Shown here in pieces: positions 10,502 to 20,677 of a stretch of DNA of 64,000 bases. The notes beneath the pieces are model-generated. The model was given only the letters and a program-made list of their open reading frames with translations, was not told where the DNA came from and did not search any database. Made by a program: the position numbers and the translations under genes. The stretch's first letter is position 1. Every line of letters begins with the position of its first letter. The stretch comes from Candidatus Krumholzibacteriia bacterium. GTDB lineage: Bacteria > Krumholzibacteriota > Krumholzibacteriia > Krumholzibacteriales > Krumholzibacteriaceae. Location: assembly GCA_963836185.1 (NCBI GenBank), contig CAWIIQ010000001.1, forward strand, positions 1,440,001-1,504,000, in the 5' to 3' direction.

Positions 10502-11026
10502 TCAACCGGGAAGCCCGAAGTATTCCATCTCGCCCGCGCCGGCGAATCTTGCAACGAGGTTGGCGGGGAAGGTGCTGATCGCCGTGTTGTGGATCATGAC
10601 AGTGTCGTTGTAGAACTGCCTCGAGAAACGGATGTCGTCCTCGAGTTTCGTCAGGTCACGGTGAAGTTCGAGGAAGAGAGTGTCCGCCTTGAGAGATGGA
10701 TACGCTTCTGCTACGGCGAAGAGTGTCTTTACAGCCGCGTCGAGTTTATCTTCCGCTCCGGCCTTTTCCCGGTTTGAGCCCGCTCCGACTGCGGCTGTCC
10801 TGGCCGCCGTGACCTTTTCGAGTGTCTCCTGTTCGTGAGAGGCATAACTTCCCACCGTGTCGACGAGTCTCGGGACGAGTTCATGCCGCTTCTGGATCTG
10901 GATATCGATCTGGGAAAGAGAGTTGACGCACCTGTTTCTCAGGGTGACGAACCTGTTGTACGTCAGGATGATCCAGATCCCGATTCCGCCGGCCAGGACG
11001 ATGATCACTATGTTCAATGGACTCAT
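10502..11026 (-). CDS. lemA: LemA family protein
   Basis: N-terminal TM; YNRFVTLRN, AVAEAYPSLKA, RQFYNDTV, FPANLVA. Confidence 0.9.
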   Translation of the reverse strand: MSPLNIVIIVLAGGIGIWIILTYNRFVTLRNRCVNSLSQIDIQIQKRHELVPRLVDTVGSYASHEQETLEKVTAARTAAVGAGSNREKAGAEDKLDAAVKTLFAVAEAYPSLKADTLFLELHRDLTKLEDDIRFSRQFYNDTVMIHNTAISTFPANLVARFAGAGEMEYFGLPG

Positions 11027-11046
11027 GCAGAGACTCCCTTATTATA

Positions 11047-12945
11047 TCAGCCAGCGCCGCTTCCGCCTCCACCACCGCCTCCGCCGCCTCCTCCGCTGAA
11101 ACCACCGCCTGACGAGGTCGATGTCGTCATAGCCGAGGAGAGGCTCTCGAGGTTGCTAAGCGAGGCCGTCATCGCGTCGAGAGAAGAGATGCCTTCACCC
11201 ACACCGCCGGGACCGAAAGAAGACGCATTCAAGGGGTGGAACCACACGGCCATCGGCACCGGAGTGTGATATTCCTTCGCTACGAGCTTGAGATTGTTTA
11301 TCAGTTTGTCGGCGACGCCGAGCGCTACGGCGTAGACCAGGTAATGCTCCCAGAGTGGAAGGAGAGAGGGCCCCGCATCTTTCATCGCTGAGAAGTCGCT
11401 CATGAACCTCTTGAAGGCCATCCATTTCTCATACTCGAGGGCCGCTTCCCTGGTCCTCCTTGCAAGGGGTATCGAGAGCAGGACACCCAGTATTATGACA
11501 AGAGGGGCGAAGCCGAAGAGGATGGGGCTTCTCAACCCGCCGAGGAAGAGGAGGACAAATATCAACCCGAAACCGAACGAGATACCCATGAATGTCTTTC
11601 GCGCCTTCTCACTTGCCGGGTCATCGAGTTTGAAATACTCCTTCTCGAAATTTCTCCTTAACTGTTTCTTGCGCCTGTCCATGAAATCCTTGAAATTCGA
11701 TTTCATCCCTGTCGTCTTCTTCGCCCATTCCTCGATCTCATGGCTCGTAACCTTGCTGCCGTCACCGGCTGCGATGAAGACGGTCCTGATGACGTCCTCC
11801 TCGAACGTGATAAGGGGTCGTTCATCCCCGGAAGGCTGGTAGCTGCCGGCAAGCAGCTCGTTTCCCTTAGGAGTGAGAGTGTATTCCAGACCTTTGCTTT
11901 TAAAGAGAAGCACCTTCTTTTCGGTCTCCGTTATCTCGATGTATCCGAGCCTCGCGGACTCGATGAGTGCGGCCGCGAAAGATTTTCCCATCTCGGTATC
12001 CTGCACCCCGCTCTGTGTGAGGATGGCGGGGAGGATGCACGGGGGGAGATCCCTCGGCGGCTCCCTCTCGTAATCGAACTGATAGCCGGTCTCCGGCTCC
12101 TTGCCGTATTTGAAGAAGAACCAGAGATACAGGGCGACCATCGCCAGGACGAGGATTATCCCTGCGACGACTCCGAACTTGAGCATGGCCTGACTGCGCG
12201 CGTAGCTGTCTATCCTCCCCTGCTCCCTTGCCCGCCACTCTTCGGTGACGCGTTTCTCGTCCTCAAGCAGGGAGCCGTGGGATTCGCCCGAGAGGAGGGG
12301 AGCGTCGGGGAATAGATCCGGGTCGAGAAGAACCCTCAGCTCTACGAAATCGTTGCGGCGGATCCCGGAGAGTTTCACGAACGAGCTGCTGAAATCATTC
12401 GCGAAATCGAGGGTGCCGGGCCGTGCATGAGAGTGAACGAAGACCTTGAAGAGACGGGGGCTGGGTCCTGGAGGGATGAGGTCGGCCCTGATGCTCTGTA
12501 TACGAGCGTGGCTGTCGCCGACTATCTTCCAGTAGAACTGGGCGGCGTCCAGGTATCTCTGGACGGCTTCCGTTACGCGGTATTTGATGAGGAAATCTCT
12601 CGTAGTGTTCTGTGCCGAGTAGTACCACTTTACCCCTTCAAGCCTGCCATCTCTATAGGTCTCTGAGCGAAGCTCTTCGCCCGAGTCGGCATCCCATACG
12701 CCGTGGAACTTGACGCCGTACGTGCCGTATTCACCTCGTGTATCCTTTTCGATGAAGGCCCACGAGAAGGAGCCGTCGAACTTGAAAGCTCTAGTCTCCT
12801 CTATCTCGGCGCTGCCATCGGGCAGGAATGTGATCTTGAAATCGATGAGGGGATGGTTATAGCTCTTGTCCGCCATGACCGGCGTCGACGCAACGAGAAT
12901 CACCGTCAACATCACGGCAGCGGCAGTATAAAGGGACGATCTCAT
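11047..12945 (-). CDS. DUF2207 family membrane protein
   Basis: Signal peptide; 'YWKIVG', 'LWEHYLVYAVALGVA', Gly-rich tail GGGFSGGGGGGG; next to lemA; start placed at the ATG behind GGAGG. Confidence 0.85.
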   Translation of the reverse strand: MRSSLYTAAAVMLTVILVASTPVMADKSYNHPLIDFKITFLPDGSAEIEETRAFKFDGSFSWAFIEKDTRGEYGTYGVKFHGVWDADSGEELRSETYRDGRLEGVKWYYSAQNTTRDFLIKYRVTEAVQRYLDAAQFYWKIVGDSHARIQSIRADLIPPGPSPRLFKVFVHSHARPGTLDFANDFSSSFVKLSGIRRNDFVELRVLLDPDLFPDAPLLSGESHGSLLEDEKRVTEEWRAREQGRIDSYARSQAMLKFGVVAGIILVLAMVALYLWFFFKYGKEPETGYQFDYEREPPRDLPPCILPAILTQSGVQDTEMGKSFAAALIESARLGYIEITETEKKVLLFKSKGLEYTLTPKGNELLAGSYQPSGDERPLITFEEDVIRTVFIAAGDGSKVTSHEIEEWAKKTTGMKSNFKDFMDRRKKQLRRNFEKEYFKLDDPASEKARKTFMGISFGFGLIFVLLFLGGLRSPILFGFAPLVIILGVLLSIPLARRTREAALEYEKWMAFKRFMSDFSAMKDAGPSLLPLWEHYLVYAVALGVADKLINNLKLVAKEYHTPVPMAVWFHPLNASSFGPGGVGEGISSLDAMTASLSNLESLSSAMTTSTSSGGGFSGGGGGGGGGGGSGAG

Positions 12946-13069
12946 TTGAACCTCCGGGTCAGCCGACTCAGCGGAGATGGTAAGACAGCCGCCGGCCGGG
13001 GTCAATTCAAAGATGATGTACAATATCGATACACCGGCGAAGGCTTACATATTCAAACCACGAATCGTT

Positions 13070-13099
13070 TTGACAGCGCGGCATCGGTACGGTTAGTCT
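13070..13099 (+). promoter_or_regulatory. Sigma70-type promoter of gatCAB
   Basis: TTGACA-N18-TAGTCT upstream of gatC. Confidence 0.45.
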
Positions 13100-13125
13100 A
13101 ACCGGGGAATGAAAGAGAGGAAGGC

Positions 13126-13435
13126 TTGAAACTGACAGAGATGGAATTCAGCGACCTCGAGGCCCTCGCCAGGATCGATCTTGACGAAGAGGAGCGTGAC
13201 AGGTTGAGGCTCCAGCTCGACAGGATCCTCGGATTCGTCAGGAAGTTGCAGGAGGTCGAGACCGGCGAGCCCGGCCCGGGCGCAGAGTGACTCTCAGCCC
13301 CCCATGCCTCCGGCTTCGGACGAGGTGCGTGAATGCCTCGACAGGGAAGAGGTCCTCAGACAGGCCCCCGACCGTGACGGCGGATTCTTCCGTGTCCCCC
13401 CTGTAATAGAGCGTGAGGACGGGGGGGGATCATGA
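13126..13435 (+). CDS. gatC: Asp/Glu-tRNA amidotransferase subunit C (frameshift near 13285; absent from ORF track)
   Basis: Manual translation 'LEALARIDLDEEERDRLRLQLDRILGFVRKLQEV', then in +1 frame 'DEVRECLDREEVLRQAPDRDGGFFRVPPVIE'; ATGA overlap with gatA. Confidence 0.85.
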
Positions 13436-14895
13436 GCACCATGGCGGGAAAGAGTGTCGGCGAGCTTCTTCGCATATACCGCGATAGCAGGGTAAAGCCT
13501 GCCGAGGTCGTGGCCGACTGTATAGACGCGATCGATACCCGCGACCGGGTTGCAGGCGCCTTTCTCGAGGTTTTCCGCGATGAGGCGATGAAACGTGCGG
13601 AAGAACTGGGAGGCGAGGATCCCGAAGGCTTGCCCCTCTACGGAATACCTGTCGCGGTCAAGGACAACATCTGCACGCGCGGGATGCCTACTACATGCGG
13701 TTCGAGGATACTGGCGGGATACCGTCCCCCGTACGATGCCACCGCCGTCGAAAGACTCACCGCAGCCGGAGCTGTGATCATCGGAAAAACGAACATGGAT
13801 GAGTTCGCCATGGGCTCCTCGAACGAGCACTCCGCATTCGGACGTGTGAGAAATCCATGGAACGAGGAATGCGCGCCCGGGGGATCGAGCGGCGGCTCGG
13901 CAGCCGCAGTCGCGGCGGGGATGGTGCCTGCCGCTCTCGGTTCGGACACGGGAGGTTCTATACGTCAGCCGGCCTCGTTCTGCGGAGTGACCGGGCTCAA
14001 GGGTACATATGGAAGGATATCGAGGTACGGGCTCGTTGCATTCGCGAGCAGTTTCGATCAGATAGGACCGATTGCGAATGATGCTGAAGGGTGCGCTCTC
14101 CTTATGCAGGCGCTTGCCGGACCTGACGGAAGGGACTCTACCGCCATCGAGGCTGAATGCCCCGACCTGCTCTCCGATCTCGATGCCGGGTTTGCCGGCC
14201 TGTCGGTCGGTGTCCCCGAAGAGCTTGGAGGATGGGATCTCGATCCGGCCTCAGCCGCGGCACTCGATGAGGCCTCACGAGCTCTTTCCGCCGCGGGCTC
14301 GGATTCAGGGGCAGTCTCCCTGCCGGGGATGGAGACCTCGATAGCATGCTATTACGTGATCGCCAATGCAGAGGCTTCCTCGAACCTCGCCAGGTTCGAC
14401 GGTGTGAGGTACGGGATGAGGGCCGGTGGAGATACGATCGACTCGCTCTATTCGTCGACGAGGACCGCGGGGTTCGGCGAGGAGGTAAAGCGCAGGATAC
14501 TGCTCGGTACATACGTCCTTTCGGCGGGGTATTACGATGCTTATTACGGCAAGGCGCTGGCAGTCAGAGAGATGATCAGGGAGGCCTTCCGCGACATCTT
14601 CTCACGGATCGACCTGCTGATGCTGCCGACGACGCCCGGCCCGGCGTTCCGGCTCGGCGAGAGGATCGACGATCCCGTTTCGATGTACCTCTCCGATATA
14701 TTTACCACCCCAGCCAACCTGGCGGGGCTTCCAGCCGTATCGATACCGGCCGGATTGTCGGCAGAGGGACTTCCGGTAGGGATCCAGCTCATCGCCGGCG
14801 CGGGCAGGGAGGACATTCTGCTCAGGGGAGCAAGGGGACTCGAAAAACTGTTCCGTTTCAGAGAGAGGTTCGTTCCCGGGGGAGGTGAGGTGTGA
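13432..14895 (+). CDS. gatA: Asp/Glu-tRNA amidotransferase subunit A
   Basis: Amidase signature GKTNMDEFAMGSS, PGGSSGGSAAAV, GSDTGGSIRQPA; EVKRRILLGTYVLSAGYYDAYY. Confidence 0.97.
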   Translation: MSTMAGKSVGELLRIYRDSRVKPAEVVADCIDAIDTRDRVAGAFLEVFRDEAMKRAEELGGEDPEGLPLYGIPVAVKDNICTRGMPTTCGSRILAGYRPPYDATAVERLTAAGAVIIGKTNMDEFAMGSSNEHSAFGRVRNPWNEECAPGGSSGGSAAAVAAGMVPAALGSDTGGSIRQPASFCGVTGLKGTYGRISRYGLVAFASSFDQIGPIANDAEGCALLMQALAGPDGRDSTAIEAECPDLLSDLDAGFAGLSVGVPEELGGWDLDPASAAALDEASRALSAAGSDSGAVSLPGMETSIACYYVIANAEASSNLARFDGVRYGMRAGGDTIDSLYSSTRTAGFGEEVKRRILLGTYVLSAGYYDAYYGKALAVREMIREAFRDIFSRIDLLMLPTTPGPAFRLGERIDDPVSMYLSDIFTTPANLAGLPAVSIPAGLSAEGLPVGIQLIAGAGREDILLRGARGLEKLFRFRERFVPGGGEV

Positions 14896-16334
14896 TGGCG
14901 CCTCGTATCGAATATCTCCCCGTGATCGGGCTCGAGGTACATGCCCAGCTCCTTACCCGTACAAAGATGTTCTGCCGCTGCCCGGCATCGTACGGCGGAG
15001 AACCCAACACGATGATATGTCCCGTCTGTCTCGGCCTGCCCGGAGCGCTTCCTTCAATAAACCGGGAAGCAGTATCGATGGCGGTCAGGCTCGGCCTGGC
15101 CCTCGGTTGCTCGATCGAAAGGGAGAGTGTTTTCGCCCGCAAGAACTACTTTTATCCCGACGCGCCGCGGAACTACCAGATATCGATGTACGACAGGCCG
15201 ATATGCACCGGAGGAAGTCTCGAATTCGAGGAAGGTGATGAAGAGGTCAGCATCGAGCTCGAGAGGATCCATCTGGAGGACGATGCCGGCAAACTTCTGC
15301 ATGGTCGGGGGGAACACAGCCTGATCGATTTTAACAGGTGCGGCGTGCCGCTCGTCGAGATCGTGACCAGGCCGGTGATCCACGGTCCGCGCCAGGCGTC
15401 TCTCTTCCTTCAGAACCTCAGGCGGATGATTCGCTACCTCGATATCTGCGACGGCAACCTCGAAGAAGGATCGATGCGCGTAGACGTTAACATCTCGATG
15501 AGGGCGAAGGGCGACGAGGTTCTGGGGACGAGGACCGAGATAAAGAACCTCAATTCTTTCAAGGCTGTCGAAGCGGGCATCGAGACAGAGATGGAGAGGC
15601 AGCGAAGCGATCTCGAGTCAGGCAGGGCGATCGTCCAGGTGACGAACCTCTGGGACGCGAAAGAGAGAAGACTTGTGACAATGCGCCGCAAGGAGCGGGC
15701 GCACGATTACAGGTATTTCCCGGAGCCGGACCTTCCTCTTCTCAGGGTCGATGAAGCGTGGATCGAGGAAGAGAGGGCGAAGATCCCGGAGCTGCCTCTG
15801 AAAAGGGCGCGGAGGTTCATGAAGGAATACGGCCTCTCCCCGTACGATGCGGGGGTCCTTACCGCGGAGAGCGATATCGCCGACTATTTCGAGGAAACGG
15901 TGAATTTGTCAGGTGAGTCGAAGGCGGCGGCAAACTGGGTGATGAGGGACGTGATGCGCGAACTGAAATCGAGGGGCGTGGGCATCGCGGAATTCCCTGT
16001 AAAGGCCGACGGCCTTGCAGGACTGATAGGACTCGTCAGCGGCGGGGTCGTATCGATCTCTGCCGCAGCCGAGGTTTTCACCGGGATGCTCGAATCGGGT
16101 GAGAGTGCTGAAGATGTGGTAAGGCGGCTCGGGCTGGAGCTTATGTCCGGCGGATCCGAGCTCGAAGGCATAGTCGAACGAGTCCTTGCATCGAATCCCG
16201 TTGAACTGGAGAAGTATCGTGCGGGAAAGAAGCAGTTGATGAAGTTCTTCATCGGGCAGGTCATGAAGGAGAGCGGCGGGAGGGCCGACCCGGTGACAGC
16301 GGGAGAGATCCTGCGGAGAAAACTCGACGGGTGA
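14892..16334 (+). CDS. gatB: Asp/Glu-tRNA amidotransferase subunit B
   Basis: VIGLEVHAQL, RKNYFYPD, EIKNLNSF, DYRYFPEPDL. Confidence 0.97.
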   Translation: MMAPRIEYLPVIGLEVHAQLLTRTKMFCRCPASYGGEPNTMICPVCLGLPGALPSINREAVSMAVRLGLALGCSIERESVFARKNYFYPDAPRNYQISMYDRPICTGGSLEFEEGDEEVSIELERIHLEDDAGKLLHGRGEHSLIDFNRCGVPLVEIVTRPVIHGPRQASLFLQNLRRMIRYLDICDGNLEEGSMRVDVNISMRAKGDEVLGTRTEIKNLNSFKAVEAGIETEMERQRSDLESGRAIVQVTNLWDAKERRLVTMRRKERAHDYRYFPEPDLPLLRVDEAWIEEERAKIPELPLKRARRFMKEYGLSPYDAGVLTAESDIADYFEETVNLSGESKAAANWVMRDVMRELKSRGVGIAEFPVKADGLAGLIGLVSGGVVSISAAAEVFTGMLESGESAEDVVRRLGLELMSGGSELEGIVERVLASNPVELEKYRAGKKQLMKFFIGQVMKESGGRADPVTAGEILRRKLDG

Positions 16335-16342
16335 GACGTGGA

Positions 16343-16898
16343 TCAGCGAAGTGTCTTGAGAGCCGCTATCATCCCTGCGGTGAAGATAACCAGTCCAAAT
16401 CCGGTCATACCCATAACGATGACCCAGGGATCCCCCGCAAAGATCGCTTCGACCTGGCTTGAAGATGCCGGCGATGATTCCGCTCATGGCCTCTGTCCAG
16501 TAATCCATCGACCTCGTAGTGGAATCGACAAACGATTCCTGTCCGGAGATCAGGGCGGAAACGTAGTCGAAACGGCTGATGAGCAGTATAAGTGCGGCCG
16601 TAGCCACGGAGAAAGTCCACACGAAGGACATGCGGCGGAAGATCCCCGCGATACTGTTCTTCTTTTCCAGTCCGAGACGGTCTGCGACCTCAGAAGCCAC
16701 TGTACGCGGATCGGGAATGAATCCGGGAATCGTCGAAAGGGAGCTCTCCAGAGCGCGGTATGTCTCGAGAGACTGCTCGCATGATTCGCATACGGCAAGA
16801 TGGGCGGTCACTCCGGCCGCTTCCTCAGCGGAGAGATCTCCGTCGATATAGAGGGGCAGCAGCTCCTCGATCCTTTCACATTCCATTGACCGCTTCAT
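16343..16898 (-). CDS. zf-HC2 membrane anti-sigma factor (frameshift near 16460)
   Basis: 'CERIEELLPLYIDGDL...HLAVCESC' ZAS motif; TM helices; AGGAGG before ATG 16898; C-terminus 'QVEAIFAGDPWVIVMG...LKTLR*' in +1 frame. Confidence 0.8.
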
Positions 16899-17457
16899 TT
16901 TCCCTCCTTCGGCCGAATCCCTCTCGTCCATCATCTTCTTCATCTTTATTCTGGCCCTGTGGATCAGTGTTTTTACCGTTCCCTCGGGTATCTCGAGTAT
17001 CTCCGCTATCTCGTGGTACTTCTTTCCCGCGAGGTAGCGCAGCTCGATCGCCTGCCTGTAATCTCCCTCGAGCCTTGAAAGAAGATATTCGATATCCTCA
17101 GCGGCGGAGCGCCTTGCGAACTCGGCTTCCGGTCCGGGCCTGTTCGAAGCGATATCGGCCGTGCTTGTCGATCGAGATGATATCGTCCCGTTCCTTCGCC
17201 CTGATATTGATCGCGTTGTTGCGGGCGACTGACCATATCCATGTCGAAAGCGATGACCGTCCGCTGAACGAGGGGAGGCCGCGGTAGACCCTGATAAATG
17301 CCTCCTGGACGGCGTCATCGATATCGCCGCGGTTTCCGAGCACTGAACGCACCGCCGCGTATACGACTCCCGTGTATTTCTCGACGATCTTTCCGAACGC
17401 CTTCCCGTCACCGGATTTCGCTTTCTCGAGCAGATCATGGTCAGTTTCACCTCTCAA
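16895..17457 (-). CDS. ECF RNA polymerase sigma factor (frameshift near 17160)
   Basis: Region 2 'DAVQEAFIRVYRGLPSFSGRSSLSTWIWSVARN'; region 4 'YHEIAEILEIPEGTVKTLIHRAR' in another frame; TTG start behind GGAGGAG. Confidence 0.85.
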
Positions 17458-17480
17458 TCCATGCTCCTCCATGACTATAG

Positions 17481-17507
17481 GACAGGGGAAGGGTCCGTTT
17501 TGTTTCA
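17481..17507 (-). promoter_or_regulatory. Putative ECF promoter of the sigma/anti-sigma operon
   Basis: TGAAAC-N17-TGTC on the minus strand. Confidence 0.55.
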
Positions 17508-17573
17508 AAAATACGGGTAGAAAGATGAAAATTACAGGAAAAAGGGGAAATTTTCATTTTTTCTATGAAAAGG

Positions 17574-17599
17574 TGAAACGAAATCGAAGACGTCCTGTC
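17574..17599 (+). promoter_or_regulatory. Putative ECF promoter of the divergent membrane protein gene
   Basis: TGAAAC-N16-TGTC on the plus strand, matching the divergent copy. Confidence 0.55.
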
Positions 17600-17665
17600 A
17601 TACCTGACGAGAACGAAAGATAACAAGGTAACTGGAACAGGTTGAAACGGAAAAGGAGGAGACAG

Positions 17666-18029
17666 ATGTTCGAGATCAATCCCGAATGTAGTAGCCATCA
17701 GTATCCCGATAATTTTCGTGCTCGGCGCTATCGCCGTCACAATCACCGCCCTGATACTGGACTCGAGCCGGAAGGACCGCAAGCACAAGGAGAGGCTTCT
17801 GGCTATGGAGAAGGGTATTGAACTGCCCGAAGAGCCTATCAAGACAAGTCCGCCGAGGTACCTCGCCATGAGAGCCTGGGGGTTCGTCTTTACATTCATC
17901 GGTATCGCGACAGTCATAGGGATCACGGCGGAAGAAGGTTTACAGCACGGGCTCTGGGGCCTGATGCCGCTGAGCATCGGTGCCGCGCTTCTCGTCGCCG
18001 CTTTCCTGGAGAAAAAAGAGATTTCCTGA
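17666..18029 (+). CDS. Small membrane protein, DUF6249-like (frameshift near 17684)
   Basis: AGGAGG then ATG 17666; 'HKERLLAMEKGIELP' motif followed by two TMs. Confidence 0.7.
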
Positions 18030-18055
18030 GAGCGTTCCGGATACGTTCGCCACAC

Positions 18056-18087
18056 GGGGGCCGGGGTTTGACACTCCGGCCCTCTTT
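18056..18087 (+). terminator. Rho-independent terminator
   Basis: GGGGGCCGGGGT-ttgac-ACTCCGGCCCTC-TTT. Confidence 0.6.
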
Positions 18088-18117
18088 CTGTATCCTCGGC
18101 AGCAGGAGGGTTTCCCG

Positions 18118-19612
18118 ATGAACAGTAGGAACTTGTTTATACTTGCCGCTGGCCGCGGTCATAGCTGCTGTCGGGCTGCCTCGTCAAACGCCTCGAAGAG
18201 CCGGTAGTCATCGATCCCTCTGCAGGCCGCGCATCTTTTCCCTGCTGCGTCCTCGACAATCATAACGGCAGGATCATTCATGTCGAATTCGAGCCGCGCA
18301 GCAATCGATCTCGTCTCCCTGAGCGAGGATGCCATCGACAAGTCGACGATGATCTTCTGGCACGGCGGCTCAGGCGCGATGATCGATTCATTTACAAATA
18401 TCAACAATGCCGACGGGGACGTCGAATTCAGCGAACACGGAAAGACGATCGGCATCGGAAGCATGACGCTCTTTCTTCTCGACTCGGAGAATTTCCGGCT
18501 TCTCAGGACGTTCGAGGCGGAGTCGTACGAATTCCAGAAGGTCATAGACCTCGAGTTCGGCGGCTTCGAATGGCCGTTCGCGACAAAGAGATATACAGTC
18601 GAAACGAGGTTCCGAAGGGTGACCTCGCTGTCGTTCTCTCCTGACGTAAGGTATGTAGCTTCCGGGCACGAGAACGGACAGGTCAAGATCTGGGAGATAA
18701 AGAGCGGGGATCTGCTCAACGTCATCTGGGCGACGAAGGTCTTCGGAGGGATAATCGATGTCGAATTCAGCCCTGACGGCAGGTTCATCGTCGCCTGTCA
18801 GGATGACGAGCGCCTGAGAGTGTGGCGCTTTCCTGATTTCCGAGAGAGGTTCCTGGTCGGCCATGAGAGGGCCGTATATGCCATCGATTTCGATCCTGTA
18901 ACGGGCCACCTCGTCTCGGCCGGGGTCGAGGGTTGTGTGAGGATCTGGGATATCGAGACGGGGGAGGCACTGGGGAAGATAGAGGCCCACGAAAAGGCGA
19001 TCATGGCAGTCGTGGTCACACGAGGATGGAAAGACGCTGTTCACGGGGAGCAAGGATAATACGATAGGTATCTGGGAACTGGATACGGGGCGCCTGATCG
19101 ACCAGATTTACGGTCACAAGAAACAGGTCAACTCGGTCGCAGTAAATGAAAACGCGACACTGCTGGCGAGCGGGAGCGACGATGGAACGGTGCGTATCTG
19201 GGATATCTCCAGCATGGGCCTGTGCGACAATATAACCCTTACCCCTGAGCCGGACTTCCCCGCGAAACTGGATGGAGAGGTATGGTTCGAGGATGATTCT
19301 GGTGACGGTGTGCTGTCGCCGGGCGAGAAAGGGAGATTCAAGCTGACTGTCTCGAATGTCGGGGAGGGGGCGGCATTTAACATCGTTACACTGGCGATAC
19401 CTGACACCCTTCCAGCGGGCCTTGAGATAGAGACGCCCGAGGTCATCCGGATGCTTCTTCCCGGCAGGTCGACAGGGCAGCTGGTCAGCCTCGAGAACCT
19501 CGGAGATGAGGAGATAGTCGATATCGTATTTACATTCAGGATACTGGAATCAAACGGATTTCACATAAATCCGCCCCTCAAATCATCGATTACTCGCATT
19601 CAGATTCGGTAG
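18118..19612 (+). CDS. Secreted WD40-repeat protein with C-terminal Ig-like domain (multiple frameshifts)
   Basis: WD40 repeats (FSPD..ASG..VKIWE, GH...VRIWD) continue across ORFs 18280..19059 and 19190..19612; 'DDSGDGVLSPGE...VSNVGEG' domain. Confidence 0.7.
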
Positions 19613-19880
19613 CGATACGGCTTACGACTAACTGGTATAATAATAACAAGATATCTATTATGTTGAGGATGCGGCCTGATCGTCTGTAGGTTGTTCTGCC
19701 TATGAATAATCTGGAAATACCGTTGTTGGTATGCTATAATCCGGTCACATATCAGGGATCAAAATGATCCCGTCTCTGTCTGGAACCCGGGGAACGGCGT
19801 TCGCAGCCTTTCCTTGAGATATTCATCCGAGTCCGCGGGTCCATACCGGTCATCCGGCAGGTACCCAGGGAGGGAACAGC

Positions 19881-20534
19881 ATGAGCTTGACTAGAGTACT
19901 GGTTGCGGCCGCAATCGCCCTTTCAATCCCAGCCCTCGCTTCGGGGGAGATAACAACGAGCCATATAGCATCTGACGCTGAACTGGTAGCGATGCTGTCC
20001 GACACGATGTTCGTCTCGGAAGGAAGGATAGGCGATCTAGGCGGCGCCGCTACGTTCGAGCTCGATCTCGGCCAGGATACCGGGGCGCCGTTTGTGTCGG
20101 CTCAGTACGCGTGGCAGAGTGGAGTAGTCGAACCCTTCATGATCACGTACGATGCAGGAACCAGTCTGGTTACATTTACACTCGGAGGGGTGACGCTCAA
20201 CTACAATACCCCGTGGTTCGATTTCGACCAGGTCTTCGTCAGGACGAGGGCCGTAAACGAGGGTAGCTCGGTGATGGTAAGCGACATCGTCATCGACGGG
20301 GAGAGCGTGATGGATCAGTCGCAGGCGGTCGGAAACGGCCTCGATAACCTCTGGATACAGGGAGCGATGCTGAACGACGGTTTCACCCTCACGGGAAACG
20401 CCGTCCTGTCCTGGACCGGGGCTGCGCCGACGCAGTCGCGTCTCGCCTTCCAGGTCAAGGTAGGAAAGCTCGGAATCGTTTCCACGGAGGAAAGCAGCTG
20501 GAGCGAGATAAAGAAGAGCTCCAGCATCGATTGA
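19881..20534 (+). CDS. Secreted protein, choice-of-anchor W-like domain, SW.xIK tail
   Basis: Signal peptide; 'FVSEGRIGD...FELDL', 'FTLTG...LSWTG..PTQSRLAFQVKVG'; tail 'VSTEESSWSEIKK'. Confidence 0.7.
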   Translation: MSLTRVLVAAAIALSIPALASGEITTSHIASDAELVAMLSDTMFVSEGRIGDLGGAATFELDLGQDTGAPFVSAQYAWQSGVVEPFMITYDAGTSLVTFTLGGVTLNYNTPWFDFDQVFVRTRAVNEGSSVMVSDIVIDGESVMDQSQAVGNGLDNLWIQGAMLNDGFTLTGNAVLSWTGAAPTQSRLAFQVKVGKLGIVSTEESSWSEIKKSSSID

Positions 20535-20560
20535 CATTTCCGATATCGCCTGGATCCATC

Positions 20561-20591
20561 AAAGGGGCCGCATCACGCGGTCCCTTTTTTT
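20561..20591 (+). terminator. Rho-independent terminator
   Basis: AAAGGGGCCGC-atcac-GCGGTCCC-TTTTTTT. Confidence 0.8.
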
Positions 20592-20677
20592 ATTGAAGGC
20601 CGAAGCGGTGACACGGTATAGTATGGCAGTCGCGCGGGCGGTCGGTACCGTGCCGGGCGGGGTGGAACGTTTTCCGT

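Noticed and set aside
11047-11115. CCG/CCA-rich tandem repeat
   Set aside because: It encodes the poly-Gly tail typical of DUF2207 proteins
13288-13290. In-frame TGA in gatC as possible selenocysteine or readthrough
   Set aside because: The GatC-like sequence continues in the +1 frame, not in frame
15909-17450. Apparent 513-aa sigma/anti-sigma fusion ORF
   Set aside because: The junction GGG AAA ATG AAG has its own AGGAGG RBS and becomes a normal ATGA stop/start overlap if one A is removed; consistent with the window-wide insertion errors
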